Notes: generated from the sequence alone by a model not told the origin. A DNA stretch of 64,000 nt from an uncultured delta proteobacterium (GCA_963845515.1 CAWJSR010000028.1:160001-224000); one strand, 5' to 3'. Counted from the first letter of the stretch, positions 1-8,200 are shown. Program-made: numbers and translations.

Positions 1-308
1 GACACATCTCCGAGTGCGATCCTGCCATTGGATTTTCGGGAAAGAAGTATAACCGGTGTGCCATTACCGCTGGACCGGAGGTACTTGACAAATTCAATCC
101 CGTTCATCTCTGAGACAAATTCAATCCCGTTCACGTCAGGCATCTGGTCGTACGAGAAGATCAGGTCATAACTCCGGTTTTTCAGTTTTTCTGTTGCCTG
201 CTTCAGGGAATGCACGGATTCGACACGGATCTCCCCGCTTTTTTCCAGGTATGTGCGGATCCGGATAAAGAGATCGCTGGAGTCGTCGACAAACAAAACA
301 GAGAACAT
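1..308 (-). CDS. Archaeal response-regulator receiver domain protein, atypical (runs off the window edge)
   Basis: Manual translation from ATG at 308 gives MFSVLFVDDSSDLFIRIRTYLEKSGEIRVESVHSLKQATEKLKNRSYDLIFSYDQMPDVNGIEFVSEMNGIEFVKYLRSSGNGTPVILLS. This has the VDD motif and an xMPxxNGIEF motif typical of Methanomicrobiales receivers. It is not in the ORF track. Confidence 0.8.
   Translation of the reverse strand, partial: MFSVLFVDDSSDLFIRIRTYLEKSGEIRVESVHSLKQATEKLKNRSYDLIFSYDQMPDVNGIEFVSEMNGIEFVKYLRSSGNGTPVILLSRKSNGRIALGDV
87..133. repeat. 20-bp direct repeat with 27-bp period (GACAAATTCAATCCCGTTCA) inside the receiver gene
   Basis: Identical copies at 87-106 and 114-133; in-frame duplication giving NGIEFV-SEM-NGIEFV. 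Confidence 0.9.
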
Positions 309-448
309 CACGCATCTCCCGGGTGAAAGCGTGTCAGAAACACTTGATAAAAGTGGATAGTTGACCGATAAATAGTTGTTCCAGACCGGGATAACCTTCG
401 GAAAGTCAGCGGGAAATACTGCTGCACCGGAAGAAAAAGAGAAAACAA

Positions 449-832
449 TTACTCTTCCGTGTGTTCAACAATGGCGAGCTGGTACATCCAGTCCATGAGG
501 GGATGACACTCCTCGACAACACACTCGAGTTCGCAACCGATACAGGGGATTAGTTCATCACCGGCAAGAAGATCGGAGGGGTTGACGGGCTGTTGCTTGG
601 CACGCAGCAGGTAAGTCTTGATACCGTCCTTCTTGAAATCAACACGGTCGATGAGCCCGCTTTCTTCAAGCTTCTTGACAATCCGGGAGCATTTCCGGCT
701 GTCAACACCGAGCTCTTTCCACAACTCGCTCTGGAGTATCCCTTCGGGTTTTGACTGGATCAGTCTCAGCCCTTCGTCAACAGGATCCGCTGCCACGTCT
801 TTTTCGACGTTCTTTGCCACTTTCTTTGCCAC
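449..832 (-). CDS. Archaeal winged-helix protein with C-terminal 4-Cys motif (TFEbeta/RPC34-like; MarR-type HTH)
   Basis: GILQSELWKELGVDSRKCSRIVKKLEESGLIDR wHTH, followed by PCIGCELECVVEECHPLMDW (C-x2-C-x3-C-x4-C); 127 aa. AAGGTGG SD precedes the GTG; sits downstream of an Sm gene. Confidence 0.65.
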   Translation of the reverse strand: MAKKVAKNVEKDVAADPVDEGLRLIQSKPEGILQSELWKELGVDSRKCSRIVKKLEESGLIDRVDFKKDGIKTYLLRAKQQPVNPSDLLAGDELIPCIGCELECVVEECHPLMDWMYQLAIVEHTEE

Positions 833-849
833 GTTCTTCCACCTTTTCT

Positions 850-1067
850 TTAGACAACCGGCGCGATTGTGAGGATGTTGTTGCCCCGGATTACCACGGT
901 CCCAAGGCTTCTCCCCCGCTGGTTATCAACAAACTCGATCGTCTCGTCCATATGGATATTGAGATATTCGTCTACAGCAACGAGGCGCCCCTGGAGTTTG
1001 CGGCCCTCATCTTTGATCTCGACTGAAATTTTTGAATCAACGAGCGCAAATACTTTTTTTATCGGCA
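850..1067 (-). CDS. Archaeal Sm-like (Lsm/snRNP) protein, 5' end probably truncated at the junction
   Basis: Sm1 (LQGRLVAVDEYLNIHM) and Sm2 (LGTVVIRGNNI) motifs. The apparent GTG start overlaps the breakpoint with the bacterial DNA. Confidence 0.9.
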
Positions 1068-1075
1068 CACGTGGT
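1060..1075. other. Archaea/bacteria junction (compositional breakpoint, probable chimera)
   Basis: Abrupt change from moderate-GC DNA with archaeal genes to very GC-rich DNA with Burkholderiales-type codon usage. The genes on both sides are cut at about 1067/1068. Confidence 0.85.
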
Positions 1076-1766
1076 ATCCATGGCGGCGCTGCATGAACTG
1101 CTGGATCAGCGCAAAGCGCTCGGTCGGCGTGAAGCCATCACAGGCGTAGGCCGCGACACGGTCGCTGAGCACTTCGAAGGTCAGCTCGGCAACGGGCAGT
1201 TCGCCGTCCATCAGCGCGACCGGCAGCACCACCGCCCGAGCCTGCGTGAAGGCGCGCAGCCAGCGGCGGAACATCGCGACCATGGGCGCTGCGGGCTCGA
1301 GCCGGCGCACACGCGCATCGGCCGCGGGCGGCGCGGGCAGCAGCAGGCCACGCAGCCGGGCCCAGGCCAGCATGTCGCGCAGGTGCGTGTCGGCCGCGTA
1401 GCTGCGCGTGCCGCCGCGCGTGTACAGCTCGCGCACGCGCGCCAGCGTGATGCCGCTGCGCGGATCGTCCGGGTCGCGCCGATGGTGCAGGTGCATGCAG
1501 CACGCCAGCAGCAGGTACATCGGCATGTCGCGCACCACGCGCATCGCCATCGGCGTGTCGCCCAGGAAGTCCAGCACCGCGCGAGCGGTGTCCTGCGCCA
1601 CGGCCACGAAGCCGGGGGTGTCGGACAGCCGCTGCACGGCAGCGTAGAAGGCATCGCGCTGCAGCGTGCCGGCCTGCCAGATGCCGCCGTGGCACCGCAG
1701 CCAGGGCGGTGCGCCAGGGTCCAGCAGAGGAGCGACGGACATCGTGCTGAAGTTTGCCATGGGCAT
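1068..1766 (-). CDS. Hypothetical protein, paralog of 19009-19998, 3'-truncated by the junction
   Basis: Shares PxWLRxH..W..GTLxRxA, YLLL....LHHRRDPxDPxSG(I/V)T, ARLxGLL and HGY(H/R)V with the 19 kb ORF. It stops abruptly after HGYHV and lacks the C-terminal HTH region. Confidence 0.7.
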
Positions 1767-1818
1767 GTGCCGAAGCTCTGCCTAGCATCCGGCCCGATTC
1801 CAACGCGGAGACAGCCCG

Positions 1819-3489
1819 ATGAACGCACGATGGATGGCGGCCGCACTGCTGGGCCTGCTGGTGGCCTGCGGCGGTGACGGTGACGGTGACAATGGCAGCG
1901 GCAGCGGCAGCGGCAGCGGCAGCGGCAGCGGCACGACCCCCGCCGATCGGCCCGCGCTGGTGGCCACGTCGGCCGAAGCCGCCGGTGCCCACTGCGCCCA
2001 CGGCGGCAGCCGCATCGACGCCGGTATCGACAGCAACGGCAACGGCGTGCTCGATGCCGACGAAGTCGACAGCGTGCGCTACGTGTGCAACGGCAGCAAC
2101 GGCATCGGCACGCTGATGCAGGTGCATGCCGAAGCCCCGGGCGCAAACTGCGCCGCCGGCGGCAGGCGCATCGACACCGGCGCGGATGGCAACGCCGACG
2201 GTGTGCTGGACGCCGCCGAGATCGGCAGCAGCAGCTATGTCTGCAACGGCGTGAACGGCACGAACGGCGCAGACGGCAGCAACGGCAGCAACGGCAGCGC
2301 CGGCGCCCCCGGCCCGGGCCTGCGTTGGGTGACGGTGACGTCGGCGGTGACGGCCCAGCCCAACACCGGCTACATGGCCGACAACGACGACAGCGAGGTC
2401 GTGGTGACGCTGCCGGCCAGCCCGGCACCCGGCGACACGCTGCGCATCAGCGGTCCGGGCGCCGGCGGCTGGCGCATTGCCCAGCAGCCGGGGCAGTCGA
2501 TCAGCCTGGTCGCGCTCGGCGTGCGCACTGCCGACACATGGAACGCGCGCCCGCCCAGCGCCTACTGGCAGCACATCGCGTCGTCGGCCGACGGCACGCG
2601 GCTGCTCGGCATGCCCTTCAACGACCAGCTGTACCTGTCGATCGACGCCGGCGCCACCTGGAGCGCCCGCGAAAGCGCGCGCAACTGGTCCTGGGGTGCG
2701 GCCTCGGCCGACGGCCGGCGTTGGGTGGCCACGGCCTACGGCGAAGCCATCTACACCTCCGCCGACGGCGGCGAGACCTGGGTCGCGCGTCCGCTGACCG
2801 GCAACTGGCAGGGCGTGGCCTCTTCGGCCGACGGCCAAAGGCTGGTGGCCGTCGAATGGCAGGGGCCGATCCGCATCTCCACCGATGGCGGCGCCAGCTG
2901 GAGCAGCCACGAATCGGCGCGCGACTGGATCTCGGTAGCCTCCTCGGCCGACGGGCAGAAGCTCGTCGCCTTGGTCTACGGCGGCGGTATCCACATGTCG
3001 AACGACGGCGGGCTCACCTGGAGCCAGGCCGGCAGCACCGGCTCGTGGTGGCGGGTGGCGATGTCGGCGGACGGCTCGCACATCGCGGTGGCGGCGCTGC
3101 GCGGCCTGATCCAGGTGTCCACCGATGGCGGCGCCAGCTGGAGCGTTCGCCGCGGCCAGGGCGAATGGCGCGGCCTGGCGATGTCGGCCGACGGCCGCAA
3201 GCTGCTGGCCGCCGCCTACGGCGGGCTGCTGCACCGTTCCACCGATGCGGGCCTGACCTGGACCACGCACGAAACCACCCTCGACTGGAGCGTTGCCGCC
3301 TCCTCGGCCGACGGCTCGCGGCTGGTGAGCGCCGGCTGGGGACGCTCGGTCTACACCTCGTCGAGCTGGACCACGCCTGGCAGCGCCGGCGGGCTGCGCG
3401 GCCAGCAGCAGGAGGCGATCGAGCTGCAGTACTTCGGCAACGGCGAGTTCGGCGTGCTCAGCGTCAGTGGCAGCCCGGCGAGCCCGTAG
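1819..3489 (+). CDS. Surface lipoprotein with Cys/Asp-rich repeats and a 7-bladed Asp-box (BNR) beta-propeller
   Basis: Lipobox LLVAC and GS linker; two E.AGA.C..GG.RID.G.D.N..GVLDA.E....YVCNG repeats; seven SADG...STDGGxTW units with an exact 120-bp period (2581, 2701 ... 3301). Confidence 0.85.
   Translation: MNARWMAAALLGLLVACGGDGDGDNGSGSGSGSGSGSGTTPADRPALVATSAEAAGAHCAHGGSRIDAGIDSNGNGVLDADEVDSVRYVCNGSNGIGTLMQVHAEAPGANCAAGGRRIDTGADGNADGVLDAAEIGSSSYVCNGVNGTNGADGSNGSNGSAGAPGPGLRWVTVTSAVTAQPNTGYMADNDDSEVVVTLPASPAPGDTLRISGPGAGGWRIAQQPGQSISLVALGVRTADTWNARPPSAYWQHIASSADGTRLLGMPFNDQLYLSIDAGATWSARESARNWSWGAASADGRRWVATAYGEAIYTSADGGETWVARPLTGNWQGVASSADGQRLVAVEWQGPIRISTDGGASWSSHESARDWISVASSADGQKLVALVYGGGIHMSNDGGLTWSQAGSTGSWWRVAMSADGSHIAVAALRGLIQVSTDGGASWSVRRGQGEWRGLAMSADGRKLLAAAYGGLLHRSTDAGLTWTTHETTLDWSVAASSADGSRLVSAGWGRSVYTSSSWTTPGSAGGLRGQQQEAIELQYFGNGEFGVLSVSGSPASP
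1873..1932 (+). repeat. Hexanucleotide tandem repeats (GGTGAC)3 and (GGCAGC)6 encoding a GD/GS linker
   Basis: Read directly at 1873-1890 and 1894-1932. Confidence 0.9.
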
Positions 3490-3516
3490 CCCGGCCGTGC
3501 ACCAAGCAGCGGGCTT

Positions 3517-4143
3517 TCAGTTCGACTTGATCTTCGCCATCAGCGTGCGCACCTCCTCGCGCCGGCCGGTGTCGGCGATCTGCCGGCCGGGCCGCGACGG
3601 TGCCTGCAGCGCCTTCTCCAGGTAGGGCATCGCCTCGTCGGCGTGTCTGGTCTCGACCAGGTACTCGGCATAGAAGAAGTTCGGGTCGATGCCCTGCGGG
3701 TTGATCGCCAGCGCCTTTTGCAGCAGTTCCTTGGCCTTGGCCTTGTCGCCGAAGCCCAGCGGCCAGCCCGGCACCTTGTAGTACAGCACGCCCAGGCTGT
3801 TGTAGGCGGAACCGTCCAGCGCCTTGGCATCGATCTGCAGCGCCTGCTCGTAGTCGGCCTTGGCCTGCTTGACCAGCCCCAGGGCGCCGATGCCGCCCTT
3901 CTCGCCGGCCCAGGAGCTGACGATGATGCCCTCCCAGATCAGCGGCTCGCTGCGCCCGGGGTAGGTCTCGGTGACCTTGTGCGCCTTGGTGCTCAGCGCC
4001 TCGAAGCGCCTCTCGCGCTCGGACTGCGGCGTCTGGTAGCGAATGACTTCCCAGTCGCGCTGCAGTTCGGCGACGGCATCGTCAACCGGTGCTGCCCATG
4101 CCACGATGGGCAGCAGGGCCAGGGCCAGCAACAACTTCTTCAT
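3517..4143 (-). CDS. Exported tetratricopeptide-repeat protein
   Basis: Signal peptide MKKLLLALALLPIVAWA; TPR helices (SAYNSLGVLYYKVPGWPLGFGD, ALAINPQGIDPNFFYAEYL); ATGA overlap with the upstream SDR. Confidence 0.85.
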   Translation of the reverse strand: MKKLLLALALLPIVAWAAPVDDAVAELQRDWEVIRYQTPQSERERRFEALSTKAHKVTETYPGRSEPLIWEGIIVSSWAGEKGGIGALGLVKQAKADYEQALQIDAKALDGSAYNSLGVLYYKVPGWPLGFGDKAKAKELLQKALAINPQGIDPNFFYAEYLVETRHADEAMPYLEKALQAPSRPGRQIADTGRREEVRTLMAKIKSN

Positions 4144-4922
4144 GAGGAGGTCTTCGGTGACAGAGGTTGTGGGGGTGCCGACCACAGGCTGCGGCGGTGT
4201 TTGGCAAAGCTGCCGTCAAGGCGGGCGCCGAGCACGCCGTTCAGGCGCACGGCCAGCCGTTCCGGGTAGCCGACGAAGGCTTCGGCGGCTTCGCTCTCGA
4301 TCAGCTTCAGCAGCGCGGCGGCCACCGCTTCGGGCGTGTCCATGGCCGTGCCGGTGGCCCGGTTGTAGGTCTCGACCGCGGCACCGTTGAAGGGTGTGCG
4401 CGTGCTGCGCGGGCCGAGGATCTGCACGCGCAGCTTCGTGTCGGCCAGCTCGCGGCGCAGCGCCTCGGCAAAGCCGTGCAGCCCCGCCTTGCTGGCGCCG
4501 TAGACGCTGAAGCCGGGCAGGCCGATGCGCCCCAGTGCCGATCCCACGAACACCAGCTGCGCACACGGCTGGCGCAGCAGTTGCGGCAGCAAGGCCTGCG
4601 TCAGCCGCATCGGTGCCAGCAGGTTGGCCTGCAGCACCTGTTCCATCTGCGATGCGGGGGTGTCGGCCAGCGCGCCGAAGGCCGGCACGCCGGCGGCATG
4701 CACCACGACATTGGCGCGCCAGTCGGCCGCGGCGGCGGCCACGCGGGCCACGCCGGACGGTGTGTTCAGGTCGGCGCGCACCCAGGCCATGTCGAGCGGC
4801 GGCGTTTCGCCGCGGCCCACGCCCATCAGCTGCGCGCCGGCCTGCCGCAATGCCCGGGCCATCGCCTGGCCGATCCCGCCGCTGGCGCCGGTGAGCAGCA
4901 CGCGCGCGTCGGCGGCCTTCAT
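4140..4922 (-). CDS. Short-chain dehydrogenase/reductase
   Basis: TGASGGIG, S...YGASK catalytic motif; ATG at 4922 overlaps the previous stop. Confidence 0.9.
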   Translation of the reverse strand: MKAADARVLLTGASGGIGQAMARALRQAGAQLMGVGRGETPPLDMAWVRADLNTPSGVARVAAAAADWRANVVVHAAGVPAFGALADTPASQMEQVLQANLLAPMRLTQALLPQLLRQPCAQLVFVGSALGRIGLPGFSVYGASKAGLHGFAEALRRELADTKLRVQILGPRSTRTPFNGAAVETYNRATGTAMDTPEAVAAALLKLIESEAAEAFVGYPERLAVRLNGVLGARLDGSFAKHRRSLWSAPPQPLSPKTSS

Positions 4923-5590
4923 GCCGGCACCGCCTCGGCCTGCGGCAGCGGCAGGCTGCGGAACACGTCGCCGTACAGACGGAAGAAGGCACGCGCCGCA
5001 TGCACGATGTCGGCCTGGTCGCGCGGGTCGTCGATCTGGTCCATCAGCAGCGCGAAATGCGCGGTGTGCTGCTGGTCCAGCGTGCCGTGCGAGCGCAGAT
5101 AGCTGAAGGCCGCATCGGGCAGCGCCAGCGGCCGCTGGATGGCATCGGCCGCCATCAGCGCCAGCGACACGCTGGTGCCTTCGAGCACATGCACCATGCC
5201 GAAGAAGCCCAGCGGGTTGCCGCGCGCGATGGTGTCGTAGGCATAGGCCACCATCACTTCGGTGGCATGGCCGCCGCGGCCGTGGCGCACCGCGTCGGCA
5301 TCGGCGCCGCAGGCGGCGATGTCGTCGAGGATCCACTCGTCGTGGCCCGCTTCTTCGTCGACGTAGTCGTCCAGCGGCGCACGCAGCCAGTCGTGGTGGG
5401 CGGGCAGCGCGGCCTTCGTCGAGCGCAGCAACGGCACCGTGTGGCGCACGTGGTGGTAGGCCTCGCGCAGGAAGGCCACGTAGCTGGCCAGCGAGACCTC
5501 GCCGCGCAGGCAGCCCTGGATGATTGGCGTGGCCAGCAGGCCCTGGCGCGCGTCGGCGCTTTGTTGCAGCAGTCGTTCGTGAAAGCTCAT
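4919..5590 (-). CDS. Heme-oxygenase-like (TenA/PqqC-fold) iron-containing redox enzyme
   Basis: EAYHHVRHT, EEAGHDEWILDD, VHVLEG and SHGTLDQQH match the HO-like diiron ligand pattern. Confidence 0.85.
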   Translation of the reverse strand: MSFHERLLQQSADARQGLLATPIIQGCLRGEVSLASYVAFLREAYHHVRHTVPLLRSTKAALPAHHDWLRAPLDDYVDEEAGHDEWILDDIAACGADADAVRHGRGGHATEVMVAYAYDTIARGNPLGFFGMVHVLEGTSVSLALMAADAIQRPLALPDAAFSYLRSHGTLDQQHTAHFALLMDQIDDPRDQADIVHAARAFFRLYGDVFRSLPLPQAEAVPA

Positions 5591-7020
5591 GGTCGGTTCA
5601 GGTCGTGAGTTCGTGGAGCCAACGCATCGGCATGGCATTGGTGGATGGCGGCACGCTGCGGCCGTCCGTTGGCCGTCGCCAGGCCGCTGTGCACATCGAA
5701 GGCGGCGCGGCCGCGCGTCCAATGCGCGATCCGCGCATAGTCGGGCAGCGTGGCATTGGCGGCATCGACCGCGGCCTGCAGCGCCGCATCGTCGGCATCG
5801 CTGCGCAGGGGCCACAGCACCGCCGACAGCGACGCCGCGCCGTCGCCGAAGACCACCGCCTGCAGCAGCGCCGGTTGGCCGCGCAGCGCGGTCTCCACCC
5901 ATTCGGGCGAGACGTTGCGGCCGTAGGCGGTGATCAGCAGGTGCTTCTTGCGGCCCGACACGTACAGGTAGCCGTCGGCGTCGACATGGCCCAGGTCGCC
6001 GCTGGGCCACCATTCAGGCACCGGCGCGGCATCGCCCAGGTAGCCGCTGAACAGGCTGCCGGCGACCAGGATCTCCTGGTCGCCGGCGATACGCAGCCGT
6101 GCATGCGGCAGCACACGGCCGGCGCTGCCGGGGCGTTGCGCACCGGGCAGGTTGAGCGTCTGCACCGATGCGCCCTCGGACAGACCGTAGCCTTCGCAGG
6201 CCGGGATGCCCAACGCGCGTGCGCTGCGGATCAGCGCCTCACCGACGGCGGCGCCGCCCACCGCCACCAGCTTCAGCGCTGCCGGCGCGCGCTTTCGCGT
6301 GTGCAGCAGGTGGCCGCACCAGGCGCGCAGCATCTGCGGCAGCAGGATCAGGCTGTGCGGCTGCTGCTGCTGCACCACCGCCTGGAAGCGCGCGGCGTCG
6401 AAACTCGACGAGCCGCTCAGGCCGACCTGCTGCAACGGCAGCGTCACCACTGTCGCGCCCTGCAGGCGCGGCGCCATCAAGCCGGCGATGTTCTCCAGCA
6501 GCACGGCAAAGGGCAGCACGTTGAGGTGGCGCTCGATGCGCAGCGGCGCCATCGCCTCGACCAGGCCGTGGGCCACTCGCTGCAAGGCCGCGGCGGACAG
6601 GCACACGCCCTTGGGCGCGCCGGTGGTGCCGGAGGTGAAGCTGATCTTCGCGGTGTGCGCGGGCATCGCCACCGCCGCGGTGTCGAGCCGCGCACGCATC
6701 AGCGGCTCACCAGCGATCTCGCAGGCCGACCAAGCCAGGTCGGTCCAGCCGCGCGCCAGCGGCGGCAGCGCCAGCAGCGTGTCCACCCCCGCGGCGCGCA
6801 GCGCATGCTGCATCTGCTCGGCGCTGAAGAACTGCGGCAGCGGCACGTGCACGATGCCGCACTGCAGCGCCGCCTCGTCCAGCGCGACGAAGGCCGGCGT
6901 GTTGTCCAGCACCGTGGCCAGCACGCGCACACCTGCCAGCGCCTGCGCGGCATCGGCCACGGCCGCGTTCAACTGGGCGGCGCTCCAGCGGCGCCGCCCG
7001 TCCTCCAGCGCAGGCCTCAT
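5587..7020 (-). CDS. AMP-binding (adenylate-forming, acyl-CoA synthetase-like) enzyme
   Basis: FTSGTTGAPKG, EGYGLSE, SGDLG, GRKK; the terminal A10 motif reads TANGRPQR. Confidence 0.9.
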   Translation of the reverse strand: MRPALEDGRRRWSAAQLNAAVADAAQALAGVRVLATVLDNTPAFVALDEAALQCGIVHVPLPQFFSAEQMQHALRAAGVDTLLALPPLARGWTDLAWSACEIAGEPLMRARLDTAAVAMPAHTAKISFTSGTTGAPKGVCLSAAALQRVAHGLVEAMAPLRIERHLNVLPFAVLLENIAGLMAPRLQGATVVTLPLQQVGLSGSSSFDAARFQAVVQQQQPHSLILLPQMLRAWCGHLLHTRKRAPAALKLVAVGGAAVGEALIRSARALGIPACEGYGLSEGASVQTLNLPGAQRPGSAGRVLPHARLRIAGDQEILVAGSLFSGYLGDAAPVPEWWPSGDLGHVDADGYLYVSGRKKHLLITAYGRNVSPEWVETALRGQPALLQAVVFGDGAASLSAVLWPLRSDADDAALQAAVDAANATLPDYARIAHWTRGRAAFDVHSGLATANGRPQRAAIHQCHADALAPRTHDLNRP

Positions 7021-7637
7021 GGGCGGATGCGACGCGACAGCCGCTGCGTCGCGGCGTCCAGCCGGCCGGCCAGCACCAGCGGCTTGTGGTCGTAGTAGCT
7101 GCCCCACTGCGCGGCCTGCTCGCCCAGCAGCGCCGGGTCGGCCACGCCCAGCGCCAGCGGCGCGACGCCCATGCGCACGAACAGGTTGCGCAGTTCCTGC
7201 GTCAGCGTACTGACGACCCAGTCGAAGCCCTGCAAGCACAGGTGCGGGCCGAGCAGGCGGATCAGCCGCCGCCCTTCGCCGGCACGCGACGCCGCGAGAT
7301 GACCGACCTCGACGATGCCCTCGCGCGCCGGCGTGGCCGGCAGCAGCGCCTGCACCGGCGCTGCAAGGTAGCGCTCCAGGAACAGCGGCCCGAGACAGGC
7401 CGCGCGGTAGCCGGCCGCCGCCACGCGTTCGCCCTGCTCGTCGTGCAGGCTCACCAGCACCGGTGCGAACTGGCGCAGCACCGCGCCGAAGCGTTGCTGG
7501 TAGACGGCGGCGACAAAGCCCTCAACCTGCTCGCGCCCTGGCGATGCCGTGTCATAGAAATGCAGCCGCTGCGCCGGCAACGGCCGGGGCATCGGGGATC
7601 GAAGCCGCGGCTCGGCCGGCATGGACATCATCAGCAC
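7017..7637 (-). CDS. Thermostable hemolysin (delta-VPH) family protein, probable GNAT fold
   Basis: REQVEGFVAAVYQQRFGA, LFLERYL, IVEVGHLA and WGSYY motifs; first gene of the five-gene cluster. Confidence 0.8.
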   Translation of the reverse strand: MLMMSMPAEPRLRSPMPRPLPAQRLHFYDTASPGREQVEGFVAAVYQQRFGAVLRQFAPVLVSLHDEQGERVAAAGYRAACLGPLFLERYLAAPVQALLPATPAREGIVEVGHLAASRAGEGRRLIRLLGPHLCLQGFDWVVSTLTQELRNLFVRMGVAPLALGVADPALLGEQAAQWGSYYDHKPLVLAGRLDAATQRLSRRIRP

Positions 7638-7702
7638 TCACGCTCCCTTCACACGGTCGCCGGTGGCAACCCGATGGATGAAGGTGATGCTGGGCGGTGC
7701 GG

Positions 7703-7719
7703 CTTAAGGCGCTATTAAT
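7703..7719 (-). promoter_or_regulatory. PmrA/QseB/BqsR-type direct-repeat box
   Basis: CTTAAG-gcgct-ATTAAT, an AT-rich TTAA repeat with 11-bp period, about 65 bp upstream of the five-gene cluster. Confidence 0.6.
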
Positions 7720-7759
7720 CGTGGACCGCCGGTGAGGCGCTGCCGCGCCGCACCGTGAG

Positions 7760-8200
7760 CTACTGCCCGCGCAGTTCGGCCAGACGTGCGGCCGCGTCCT
7801 TCTTGCCCATGCTGCGCAGCGACGCCAGCGCCTGCAGATGCTTGGCGCGCGGCCGGGCCTTGCCGTCTTCCCAGTTGTAGATCGACTGCCCGGACGCGCC
7901 GACGAGCAGACCCACTTCCAGCGCCGACAGGCCCAGCCGCTTGCGCTGAGACACCAGGCCCTTGGGGCTGAAGCGCGGCGCGCGCGCCGACGGCTCGTCG
8001 GCTGCCGCCGGCAACGCCTTGGCCGTGGCCTTGCCGAGCCGGCGCAGTTCGGCTTCGAGCGCCAGCGCCCGCCGCTTCAGCGCCGCGATCTCGCTGCGAT
8101 AGCTGCTGACGGCCTTCTTGAGGCTCGCGGTCTCACCGCGCACTTCTTTGCGTGCGACCCGCGAGATCTCGCTCTTGAGGAGGGATGCAATGTTTGCCAT
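7760..8200 (-). CDS. XRE-family HTH protein with N-terminal coiled coil
   Basis: MANIASLLKSEISRVARKEVR... and RKRLGLSALEVGLLVGASGQSIYNWEDGKARP. Confidence 0.85.
   Translation of the reverse strand: MANIASLLKSEISRVARKEVRGETASLKKAVSSYRSEIAALKRRALALEAELRRLGKATAKALPAAADEPSARAPRFSPKGLVSQRKRLGLSALEVGLLVGASGQSIYNWEDGKARPRAKHLQALASLRSMGKKDAAARLAELRGQ

Noticed and set aside
1..1067. Genuine archaea-to-bacteria horizontal transfer island
   Set aside because: Both flanking genes are cut at the join, there are no mobility signatures and no amelioration, and the sequence is error-rich. A chimera is more parsimonious until reads show otherwise.
2581..3370. Regularly spaced repeats resembling a CRISPR array
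   Set aside because: The period is 120 bp, in frame and degenerate at third positions, so these are protein propeller blades. No cas genes are present.
7017..7637. Virulence hemolysin
   Set aside because: There is no signal peptide and the gene is coupled to biosynthetic enzymes; the family name is historical and not evidence of toxin function here.
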